DNA from: an uncultured Oscillospiraceae bacterium
GTDB lineage: Bacteria; Bacillota; Clostridia; Oscillospirales; Oscillospiraceae
DNA length: 53,066 bases
Assembly (NCBI GenBank): GCA_934646175.1
Contig: CAKUEI010000001.1
Span: forward strand, 1 to 53,066
Direction of reading: 5' to 3'
Under the pieces are notes generated by a model. That model was not told the origin of the DNA and did not search any database. It saw nothing but the letters and a program-made list of their open reading frames with translations. Below are positions 1 to 8,076 of the stretch, in pieces. Numbering within the stretch: position 1 is the stretch's first letter; each line of letters begins with the position of its first letter. The translations under genes were made by a program, and so were the position numbers.

Positions 1-879
1 AGCGGCTGGATGTACCGCGTCAACGGCGAACTGCCCGATCAGCTCCTGTCCCAGTACATTCTGAAGGACGGCGATCAGATCGAGCTGTTCTACACCGGCG
101 ACTATAAGACCGTCCCCGGCGCCCATGGGGAGGAGAAGGACGAAGCGGTCAAGAACGTGGAATTCCTCATTTCTGCCATCGGCACCGTGACGGAGAAGAG
201 CGCGGAGAAGCTGGATGCCGCCCGGAATGCCTATGAAAAGCTGACCGACACGCAGAAGAAGCAGGTCAGCAATTACGACGAGCTGACCCGCGCGGAGGCC
301 GCCTTCAACGCACTGAACGGCGGCGTGCCCTTCACCGACGTGAAGGACCATTGGGGCCTGTCCGGCATCCGGTTTGCCTATGAAAAGGGCCTGATGAACG
401 GCGTGGGCGGACGCACCTTCGACCCTGATGGGACCCTGAATCGCGCCATGGTGGTCACCATGCTGTACCGCCTGGCCGGTGAACCGGAAACGGCGGCCGC
501 GTCCTCCTTCACGGATGTGCCCGCCGATGAGTGGTATGCCAAGGCGGTGGCCTGGGCCAGCGTAAACGGCGTTGTGAACGGCATGGACGGCGGGAAGTTC
601 GAGCCCCTTGCCAACATCACCCGCGAGCAGCTGACGGCCATGTTGTACCGCTACGCGCAGTACCGCAAGTATGACATGAGCGTTGGTGAGGACACGAATA
701 TCCTCAGCTACGGCGATGCGCAGGATATCAGCGCATATGCAGTTTCTGCCCTTCAGTGGGCCTGCGGCGCGGGCCTGATCCAGGGCCGCAGCGCACGGAC
801 GATCGTCCCCCAGGGTACGGCCACCCGCGCAGAAGCGGCGACCATCTTCATGCGCCTGCAGGAAAATGTGATCCGGTAA
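1..879 (+). CDS. Cell-surface protein, 5'-truncated by the window edge: DUF4430-like segment followed by three S-layer homology (SLH) repeats
   Basis: The frame is open from nt 1 (SGW precedes the listed Met at 10). Three SLH-like repeats are present (FTDVKDHWGLSGIRFAYEKGLMNG, FTDVPADEWYAKAVAWASVNGVVNG, YGDAQDISAYAVSALQWACGAGLIQG). TAA at 877-879 is followed by a hairpin terminator. Confidence 0.85.
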   Translation, partial: SGWMYRVNGELPDQLLSQYILKDGDQIELFYTGDYKTVPGAHGEEKDEAVKNVEFLISAIGTVTEKSAEKLDAARNAYEKLTDTQKKQVSNYDELTRAEAAFNALNGGVPFTDVKDHWGLSGIRFAYEKGLMNGVGGRTFDPDGTLNRAMVVTMLYRLAGEPETAAASSFTDVPADEWYAKAVAWASVNGVVNGMDGGKFEPLANITREQLTAMLYRYAQYRKYDMSVGEDTNILSYGDAQDISAYAVSALQWACGAGLIQGRSARTIVPQGTATRAEAATIFMRLQENVIR

Positions 880-887
880 CCGAGAAC

Positions 888-924
888 AAAACTGCCCCGC
901 AGCAAATCGCTGCGGGGCAGTTTT
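888..924 (+). terminator. Rho-independent terminator of the SLH protein gene
   Basis: aaaactgccccgcagc / gctgcggggcagtttt gives a 12 GC-rich bp stem plus an A/T extension, loop aaatc, and T4 at 921-924. Confidence 0.85.
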
Positions 925-1004
925 GCCCCTCCGGACCGATGCCGGGGGGAGGGGCGGCGGCACTTGCACGCATGGTGCAGGCGGATGGATGGGAAGAACG
1001 GAAG

Positions 1005-1044
1005 AAAAAGGGCGCTCATGTGTTTCCACATGAGCGCCCTTTTT
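1005..1044 (-). terminator. Rho-independent terminator downstream of the glycyl radical enzyme gene (bidirectional shape)
   Basis: 13-bp stem agggcgctcatgt / acatgagcgccct with a 6-nt loop. It is flanked by A5 (1005-1009, a T-run on the minus strand) and T4 (1041-1044). The GRE stop codon is at 1061-1063. Confidence 0.85.
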
Positions 1045-1060
1045 GAATAAGCGAGAAAGA

Positions 1061-3514
1061 TTAGAGGTTGTGCTCGGCGCGGGAGATGATGTCGTCCTGC
1101 ATGGCGGGGGTCATATCCACGAAGTAGGCACTGAAGCCGGCGATACGGACCACCAGGTTGTGGTATTCTTCCGGATGCTCCTGAGCCTTGCGCAGGGTCG
1201 CACCGTCCACGATGTTGTACTGCACTTCCATGCCGCCCTGAGCGAAGTAAGCCTTGGTCATGTCCTCCAGCTTGGTGATGCCGCCCTCGGAACGCAGTGC
1301 GGAGGGATGGATCTTCAGGTTCAGAGCCATGCCGTCCATGTAGTGAGAGTGGTCGAAGCTGGCGGAGGAGATGAACACGGAGGTGGGGCCGTTGACGTCT
1401 CTGCCCTGAGCGGGGCTGGCGGCGTCGGCGATGGGCTCGCCGGTCTTGCGGCCGTCGGGGGTGGCCCAGGTGATCTCACCCTGCACCACGTGGTCGGAAG
1501 CACCGAAGGTGCCGCAGCGATAGGTGGTGCAGCGGTGGGTGGAGAAGGCACGGGAGATGTTGTAGTACAGCTCGATGGCGTACTTCATCTCCTGATCGGC
1601 ATAGGGATCGGCGTTGCCGAAGTGAGGCACCTCGTGCAGGATCTGCTGGCGCAGGTTCTCATAGCCTTCCCAGTTGGCCAGGATGGCCTTCAGGTACTCT
1701 TCCTTGGAGACCAGCTTCTTGTCGAAGACCATGTACTTCAGAGCGGTCAGGCTGTCTGCCGTGGTGGCAAGGCCGGTGGCAGTGCCGCCGTAAGAGTTGT
1801 ACTTTGCGCCGCCCTCGGACACATCCTTGCCGCTCTCCATGCAGCCAATGGTGGAGATGGAGAGGTTGGGGAACGGGAACAGGCGGGGATACTCATGCTC
1901 GGTGTAGTTGTTCAGAGTGGCGGACCAGGTGAGCATCCAGGTGGAGATCTTCTCGAACGCAGCGCGGACGTCGTCCATGCTGTTCATGTCGGTCAGATAG
2001 CCGGAGCAGACCTTATCGGGAGCCTTGGCACCGTTGATGGGGTTCACACCGTTGTTCAGAGCCATGACCAGCGCGATGGCCCAATAGATGCCGCTGTGGG
2101 ACATAGAGGAGCCGTTGGGGGCCGGATAGTCGTTGCCGGAGCCGGTGATCTCCTGGCAGCCGATGAAGGCGAAGTCACGGGCATCTTCCAGGGTGAAGCC
2201 CAGCTCCTTCTGCAGGGCGGGGATGATGACTTCGTCGTTCTGCAGCAGAGGCAGGCCGCCCACGCGCATGGAGGTGGCCATGGCGCAGTCCCAAATCTCC
2301 TTCGGGGTGTTTCTGCTGACACGCAGGGAGACAGTGGGTTCGTGCAGGTTCAGACGGGCCATAGCCTCCAGAACCATGAAGGAAACGGGGTTGGTGGCGT
2401 CCTCGCCGGTGGCGGGGATGGCGCCGCCGATGGTGGTGTGCTGGCCCAGATGGCCGATGCCGGCCGTCTGCTGTATCTTACCGAAGCCGCCGGAGTAGAA
2501 GGTGTTGACTTTCAGGAAGAAAGCGTCCACCAGCTCCTGCGCCTCGTCCATGGTGATCTTGCCCTCGGCAAGGTCCTTCTTCAGGTAGGGCCAGGTATAC
2601 TGGTCAAAACGGCCCAGGCTGGTGACGCCGGGATCGTTGTCGGCCTTCAGGAAGACATTGTACATCATGACCTGCTGCAGAGCCTCGCGGAAGTTGCGGG
2701 CAGGCTTTTCGGCGATCCAGTCCAGGCTGTCCGCCATCTGCAGCAGCTCGGCCTTGCGCTCGGGGGTGGCGGCCGTCTCGGCCTTTTCGCGGGCCAGAGC
2801 AGCATAACGGCGATGCAGCACCTCGGCGCCGTCGCAGGCCACGGTAGCGGCCTTATAGAAGATGTAGTGGCCCATGTCGTTGCCCTGAACGTTGCCCTCG
2901 TGGGCGTCCAACCAGTCCTGAGCCTGCTTGCGGATGTCCGCATAGCCGCGCTTCAGAATGTTCTGGAAGCCGGGGGTCAGATGTCCCGGAGGCAGCATGG
3001 TGGGGAAGCCGCCGATCTTGCCATAGTCGGAAGCCTGCAGGGCGAAGAACTCGCGGGCGCCGTCGGGCAGCCACTCCTCGGGCGGGAAGAATTTGCCGTA
3101 AACGGAAGCCTGCTCCGCGGCGATCGCGCGCAGTTCCTTCAGCTCGTCGGGCGCGATGGCCAGATCCTGCAGGGAGTAGAGAGGATCATCCTTGGGGGCA
3201 TGGTGCAGGCCGTCCTCCATGATGGGCCAGGTGTGCTCGATGTCCACCCACAGCCAGAACATGGCGTTGGCGTCGCCCCAGCCCTTGTTGCCCACATCGC
3301 CGGCGAAGTATTCATCTTCCACGATGTCGATGGGCATGTTGGACAGGACGTACAGGGACATGTAGGGCTTTGCCAGCATGGGGGGATAATCATGGTATTT
3401 CTGAGACGCTTCCAGTCTCAGACGGGCTTTGGCAGCATCCGCGACGATCAGTCTGTCACGGACTTTTGCGCGCATTCTTTCGATGCGGTCTGCGATCGGT
3501 CTGAACTCATACAT
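1061..3514 (-). CDS. Glycyl radical enzyme, PFL2/glycerol-dehydratase-like family, substrate unknown
   Basis: 817 aa. C-terminal glycyl-radical fingerprint VVRIAGFSAYFVDM and Cys loop FAFIGCQEITGSG. Start trimmed from ORF-track 3619 to ATG 3514 (MYEFRPIADRIERMRAKV), which has GAGGA about 8 nt upstream. Confidence 0.9.
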   Translation of the reverse strand: MYEFRPIADRIERMRAKVRDRLIVADAAKARLRLEASQKYHDYPPMLAKPYMSLYVLSNMPIDIVEDEYFAGDVGNKGWGDANAMFWLWVDIEHTWPIMEDGLHHAPKDDPLYSLQDLAIAPDELKELRAIAAEQASVYGKFFPPEEWLPDGAREFFALQASDYGKIGGFPTMLPPGHLTPGFQNILKRGYADIRKQAQDWLDAHEGNVQGNDMGHYIFYKAATVACDGAEVLHRRYAALAREKAETAATPERKAELLQMADSLDWIAEKPARNFREALQQVMMYNVFLKADNDPGVTSLGRFDQYTWPYLKKDLAEGKITMDEAQELVDAFFLKVNTFYSGGFGKIQQTAGIGHLGQHTTIGGAIPATGEDATNPVSFMVLEAMARLNLHEPTVSLRVSRNTPKEIWDCAMATSMRVGGLPLLQNDEVIIPALQKELGFTLEDARDFAFIGCQEITGSGNDYPAPNGSSMSHSGIYWAIALVMALNNGVNPINGAKAPDKVCSGYLTDMNSMDDVRAAFEKISTWMLTWSATLNNYTEHEYPRLFPFPNLSISTIGCMESGKDVSEGGAKYNSYGGTATGLATTADSLTALKYMVFDKKLVSKEEYLKAILANWEGYENLRQQILHEVPHFGNADPYADQEMKYAIELYYNISRAFSTHRCTTYRCGTFGASDHVVQGEITWATPDGRKTGEPIADAASPAQGRDVNGPTSVFISSASFDHSHYMDGMALNLKIHPSALRSEGGITKLEDMTKAYFAQGGMEVQYNIVDGATLRKAQEHPEEYHNLVVRIAGFSAYFVDMTPAMQDDIISRAEHNL

Positions 3515-3621
3515 AACACAAATCCTCGAATTTCGTAAGAGTAGTAGTTTTTCATGTCCCTCTCCAAGGACACCGGTTGCCGGAAGGAATCCCGGGAAGC
3601 CGGATCTGTTTACCTGCATCT

Positions 3622-3650
3622 ATTATAACGTGCAAATTTAAAATTGTGTA
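3622..3650 (-). promoter_or_regulatory. Candidate sigma-70 promoter of the glycyl radical enzyme gene
   Basis: Minus strand reads TACACA-17 nt-TATAAT, which would give a leader of about 100 nt (3515-3615). Confidence 0.45.
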
Positions 3651-3806
3651 GTCCTTTTTCGTGGAAGTTCATAAGAATTTTTACGAAAGATGATAAGGGT
3701 TGTGCGATATTCCAAAAAGGCTTTCAAAGTATTCACAAAAAGTATGAGCGGACCTGGGAAACGCCGCCGTCTCCGCAGGCGAAGGGCCGGAACGGGGAAA
3801 CGGTGT

Positions 3807-3835
3807 TTGCTTTCTGCCCGGCGGCGCGGTATAAT
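3807..3835 (+). promoter_or_regulatory. Candidate sigma-70 promoter of the FHA-RodA/PBP operon
   Basis: TTGCTT (3807-3812), 17-nt spacer, TATAAT (3830-3835). Confidence 0.55.
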
Positions 3836-3853
3836 AAGCCGATCAGAACGCTT

Positions 3854-3871
3854 CGCGCAGAGCTCTGCGCG
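3854..3871 (+). promoter_or_regulatory. Perfect 18-nt palindrome in the 5'UTR of the FHA-RodA gene (attenuator hairpin or operator)
   Basis: cgcgcagagctctgcgcg is followed by ttt and then the RBS caggaggtgg. It lies between the -10 element and the start codon at 3891. Confidence 0.4.
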
Positions 3872-3890
3872 TTTGTCAGGAGGTGGAACC

Positions 3891-5690
3891 ATGGAAAACT
3901 GGGCGCTTGCCCTGCAGAAGGGGATGGATGCCTTCACGGCGACCCTTGCCTCAGTGCCGCAGCTTGGCATGTGGTATTCCTTTCTGGTACGATTGGCACT
4001 TCCCGTTCTGGCACTGGTCATCGTGATCCGGGCCATTCGGTCGCTCTTCAAGGTGCCGTGCCTTCCGGAGGTGTGGGCCTACCTCATGCTGCCGAACGGC
4101 GGGAAAGAGGTGCTGACCCACTGGGAGAACATCATGGGTCGCAGCGAAAAGGCGGATGTCATCCTGAATTACCCCACCATCTCCCGCCAGCACGCTGCCC
4201 TCATTCGGGCGGAGGACGACACCTGGACCATTTACGACCTTGATTCCAAAGGCGGCATCACGGTGAACGGAAAGCCCACCGGAGAAAAGGCGGCGGTGAA
4301 GTACGGCGATGTGATCGCCCTTGGCGGGGTGGAGACCGTCCTCCTCCCGGTCTCATCGGAGGAAAAGGAGAAATACCGCCGTCGGCGGAAGGCTTACCGC
4401 CCCATTCCGTGGCAGCTGGAGGCGGTCCTGCTCACTCTGTTTCAGGCCCTTGCAATGTTTCAGCTCATCCTCAGCGAAGGGGAGGGGGCATCGATCGCCA
4501 TCCCGCTGGTGTTCGCGGGGCTGATCGCGGTGATGTGGTGCTATTTTCTGGTGCTGCGCCGTTTAAGACAAGTGGGCTTTGAAATGGAGGTCATGGCATT
4601 TTTTCTCTCCACCCTTTCGCTTTGCATCACCTGCTCTTCCAACACGCCGGCATTGCCAAAACAGTTCTGCGCCATGGTGCTGGGTGTTTTGGTGTTCCTG
4701 ATTTTGGGGAGCTTTATGCGCGATCTGGAGCGGGTCAAGCGCATCCGCTGGCTCATGAGCGCAGCGGCCATCGGCCTGGTGTCCCTGACGCTGGTGCTGG
4801 GGGTTCCCACGCAGTTCGGCGCGGCCAACTGGATCCATCTGGGGGGACTGTCCCTTCAGCCGTCGGAGCTTGCGAAGGCGTGCTATGTTTTCGCCGGGGC
4901 GGCCACGCTGGATCGTTTGTTCCGCAAGCGGAATCTGGGACTTTTCATGCTGCTGACCTTCATCTGCCTGGGTAGCCTTGCACTGATGAGCGATTTCGGT
5001 ACGGCGGCCATCTTCTTCGTCACCTTTCTGGTCATCGCCTTCCTCCGTTCGGGGGACTGGGGCACGCTGACGCTGATCTGTGGCGGCGCGGTGTTCGCCA
5101 TTCTGGTGGTTCAGGCCGTGAAACCTTACATTTTGAACCGGTTTGCCACCTGGGGCCACGCATGGCAGAATGCCTCGGCGGGTAGCGGTTACCAGCAGAC
5201 CCGCGCCATGTCCGCCGCGGCCTCCGGCGGTTTGATCGGCGTAGGAGCCGGGAACGGATGGCTCCACCGGGTGGCGGCGGCAGACACCGATTTGGTGTTC
5301 GGTATGGTATGCGAGGAGTGGGGGCTGATCATTGCCCTGCTGACGGTGGTGGTGATCGTAGCGCTGGCAGTGTTCGCCGTCCGATCCAGCCAGACCGGCC
5401 GCAGCAGCTTTTACGTGATCGCCGCCTGTGGCGCATCCTCTATGATGGTGTTCCAGACCTGCCTGAATGTGCTGGGGGCGGTGGACCTGCTGCCCCTGAC
5501 CGGCGTGACCTTCCCCTTCGTCTCCAACGGCGGGACGGCCATGGTGGCCTCCTGGGGCCTCCTGGCGTTTTTGAAGGCAAGCGACACCAGACAGAACGCC
5601 AGCTTTGCCATCCGGCTCCCGTCCCTGCATCAGGAGCGGAGCCATGACCGGCTGGCGCCCGGGAAACAGACGGGAGGTGGCCGCAGATGA
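3891..5690 (+). CDS. FHA domain fused to an FtsW/RodA/SpoVE (SEDS) family peptidoglycan polymerase
   Basis: Start at ATG 3891 (MENWALALQKG), with AGGAGG at 3879-3884. One N-terminal hydrophobic helix precedes an FHA-like segment (GRSEKADVILNYPTISRQHAALIRAEDDTWTIYDLDSKGGITVNGK). A polytopic SEDS body follows (LQPSELAKA, LPLTGVTFPFVSNGGTAM). The ORF-track start at 3690 adds an Arg-rich tail with no RBS. Confidence 0.9.
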   Translation: MENWALALQKGMDAFTATLASVPQLGMWYSFLVRLALPVLALVIVIRAIRSLFKVPCLPEVWAYLMLPNGGKEVLTHWENIMGRSEKADVILNYPTISRQHAALIRAEDDTWTIYDLDSKGGITVNGKPTGEKAAVKYGDVIALGGVETVLLPVSSEEKEKYRRRRKAYRPIPWQLEAVLLTLFQALAMFQLILSEGEGASIAIPLVFAGLIAVMWCYFLVLRRLRQVGFEMEVMAFFLSTLSLCITCSSNTPALPKQFCAMVLGVLVFLILGSFMRDLERVKRIRWLMSAAAIGLVSLTLVLGVPTQFGAANWIHLGGLSLQPSELAKACYVFAGAATLDRLFRKRNLGLFMLLTFICLGSLALMSDFGTAAIFFVTFLVIAFLRSGDWGTLTLICGGAVFAILVVQAVKPYILNRFATWGHAWQNASAGSGYQQTRAMSAAASGGLIGVGAGNGWLHRVAAADTDLVFGMVCEEWGLIIALLTVVVIVALAVFAVRSSQTGRSSFYVIAACGASSMMVFQTCLNVLGAVDLLPLTGVTFPFVSNGGTAMVASWGLLAFLKASDTRQNASFAIRLPSLHQERSHDRLAPGKQTGGGRR

Positions 5691-7051
5691 AAAAAATCGA
5701 AAAACGGGCGACCCTCTGCCTGCTGCTTGCTGCGGTTCTGGCGGTGGGCACCGCCATCTTTGCGTTCCGCTTTTTCTTGAACGGGGGAAGCTGGGTCTCC
5801 TTTGCCGCCAACCGGCATATTTACAATAGTCAGGGTACCCTGTCGGTGGGACAGGTACTGGACCGGGACGGCACCGTCCTCTCCTGGGCGGACGGGAAAG
5901 GGAAACGCCATTACAGCGACAGCAAGGATATCCGCCGTGCCACCCTCCATGCGGTGGGCGACCCAAACGGCAATATCGGCACCGGAGCGCTGACGGCCTT
6001 CGCCGATCAGCTCAGCGGATATGCTGCCCTGACCGGGGTGTATAACCCCTTCCGGAAGGGAAACGACCTCTATCTGACCTTGTCCGCAGAGGCGAACGTG
6101 GCGGCCTACCACGCGCTGGACGGGCATAAGGGCACCGTAGGAGTTTACAATTACAAAACGGGTGAGATCCTCTGCATGGTGTCAAATCCAACCTTTGACC
6201 CGGCCAATCCGCCGGACATTCAGGACGGGGACGAGCGATATGAGGGCGTGTATGTGAACCGCCTGCTGGCCGGGACCGTCCCGCCTGGCTCCATTTTCAA
6301 GACCGTGACCCTGTCCGCCGCCATTGAGAATATCCCTGATCTTTTCGATCGGGAGTGGACCTGCACCGGGGAGCAGACGGTGGGGGACGGCGTGGTGACC
6401 TGCCCGAAGGCTCATGGCACCATGAACATATACGACGCCTTCGCTAACTCCTGCAACGGTGTGTTTGCCCAGCTGGCGGTGGAGTTAGGGCCGGACACCC
6501 TGCAGCGCTATGCGAAGAAAGCAGGACTGACCGGTAGCTTTGTGGTCAGCACCCTGAAGACCGCGGCGGGAACACTGGATTTTTCCGGCCTGACGGCAAA
6601 CGAACTGGGTTGGAGCGGCGTCGGACAGGGGAACGACATGGTGAATCCCTGCTCCTTTATGACCTACATGGGCGCCATTGCGAACGGAGGAAAGGCAGCG
6701 GTGCCGCGGCTGATCCTGAAGGTGGAGGGCGGATTGAACCTACCGGAGCGGACGAAACAGACCACCCGGCTGGTGGACGCGGACACGGCGGAGACCCTGC
6801 GGGATATGCTGGCATATAATGTGACCAGCGAATACGGCGCGTCCCGGTTCCCCAATATGACCGTCTGCGCCAAAAGCGGCACGGCAGAGGTGGGCGGCGG
6901 CAAGCAGCCCAACGCCTGGTTTGCCGGATTCCTTCAGGACGAAGAGCATCCCTATGCTTTTATTGTACTGGTGGAAAACGGCGGCAGCGGTGCCAATGTG
7001 GCGGGCAGTGTGGCGGCCAAGGTCCTGAATACGCTGGTGAACGGGGGCTGA
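5687..7051 (+). CDS. Class B penicillin-binding protein (transpeptidase), short PbpA-like form
   Basis: ATGA overlap with the upstream SEDS gene. N-terminal TM helix. Motifs SIFK (SxxK), SCN (SxN) and KSGTA (KTG-like). Confidence 0.9.
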   Translation: MKKIEKRATLCLLLAAVLAVGTAIFAFRFFLNGGSWVSFAANRHIYNSQGTLSVGQVLDRDGTVLSWADGKGKRHYSDSKDIRRATLHAVGDPNGNIGTGALTAFADQLSGYAALTGVYNPFRKGNDLYLTLSAEANVAAYHALDGHKGTVGVYNYKTGEILCMVSNPTFDPANPPDIQDGDERYEGVYVNRLLAGTVPPGSIFKTVTLSAAIENIPDLFDREWTCTGEQTVGDGVVTCPKAHGTMNIYDAFANSCNGVFAQLAVELGPDTLQRYAKKAGLTGSFVVSTLKTAAGTLDFSGLTANELGWSGVGQGNDMVNPCSFMTYMGAIANGGKAAVPRLILKVEGGLNLPERTKQTTRLVDADTAETLRDMLAYNVTSEYGASRFPNMTVCAKSGTAEVGGGKQPNAWFAGFLQDEEHPYAFIVLVENGGSGANVAGSVAAKVLNTLVNGG

Positions 7052-7055
7052 GAAC

Positions 7056-8023
7056 ATGGAGAAGACCTATGATTTCCTCAGCGTGGGGGAAGTGCTGATC
7101 GACATGACGCCCGCCCGAACGGAGGGCGGGGAAACCTGCTTCCTCCCCAAAGTGGGCGGCGCTCCGGTGAACGCAGCCTGCGTGCTTGCAAGACTTGGAA
7201 AGCGCGCAACCTTTATAGGGAGAATGGGGCATGACGCCTTCGGCGACCAGATCAAGCGCACCCTTTCTGCGGCGGGATTGGACACCACGCTGTTGCAGCG
7301 GGACGAAGAGCGGCACACTACGCTGGCCTTCGTCCATCTTTCGCCGGAGGGCGACCGCAGCTTTTCCTTTTACCGCACCGGCCTTGCGGACACCAGGCTG
7401 GAGGCGGGGGAAAACGCGTTTTGGGCAGCGGAGCGGACGAAGATCCTGCATTTCGGCTCCGTAGCCTTGGCGGAGGAGCCGGAGCGCACGGCGGTCCTTA
7501 CACTGGCGCATCGGGGGAAAACGGCGGGGGCGTGGATTTCCTATGACCCCAATCTGCGCCCCGGCCTCTGGCATGACCAGGAGGAGATGCGCCGCGCGGT
7601 GCGGGACACCATGCCCCTTGCGGACATCCTAAAGCTGTCAGAGGAGGAAGCGGAAGAACTTCTCGACATTGCGGAACCGGAGAAAGCGGCGTTGAGGCTT
7701 GGAGGCGGTACGGCTGCAAGATTGCCTTTGTCACCTGCGGAAGCCGCGGGGCATGGGGCTGCTGCGGCGGAAAAACGGCTTTTGCACCGGCTCTTCCGGT
7801 GCAGGCGGTGGACACCACTGGGGCGGGTGACTGCTTTCTGGGTGCGGCGTGTTATGGCCTTCTCAGCCGGGAGGCGGGAACGCTGGAACTAACGCAGAAG
7901 AAACTGGAGGAGCTGCTGCGCTTTGCCTGTACAGCGGGTTCCCTTGCCACACAAAAGCGTGGAGCCATCGACGCGATTCCGACCATTTCGGAGATCGAAA
8001 GGGCCCTGAGCGGAAGAAAATAA
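7056..8023 (+). pseudogene. PfkB-family sugar kinase (fructokinase-like) interrupted by a -1 frameshift near 7707
   Basis: The N-terminal two thirds are in the frame of 7056 (SVGEVLIDMTP, GGAPVNAA, ILKLSEEEAEELL). The C-terminal part is in the frame of 7799 (YGCKIAFVTCGSRGAW...VQAVDTTGAGDCFLGA). That second frame is open back to 7577. The two frames join cleanly if one base is restored in ggaggcgg|tacggc. Confidence 0.8.
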
Positions 8024-8061
8024 AAAGGCGGCAGACAGCACACAGGCTGTCCGCCGCCTTT
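8024..8061. terminator. Hairpin terminator between the convergent kinase and URO-D genes
   Basis: aaggcggcagacagc / gctgtccgccgcctt gives 14 bp with one mismatch. A5 on the left provides a T-run for the minus-strand gene; the T-tract on the plus side is weak. Confidence 0.7.
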
Positions 8062-8076
8062 CCGGAGGGCGGGGAG

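Noticed and set aside
1043-3538. 831-aa ORF on the plus strand covering the whole glycyl radical enzyme locus
   Set aside because: It is the mirror frame of a high-GC gene. The translation is low-complexity (Gly/Ala/Val/His/Leu/Gln runs), with no RBS and no recognizable motif, whereas the minus-strand product has clear GRE motifs. It is a classic shadow ORF.
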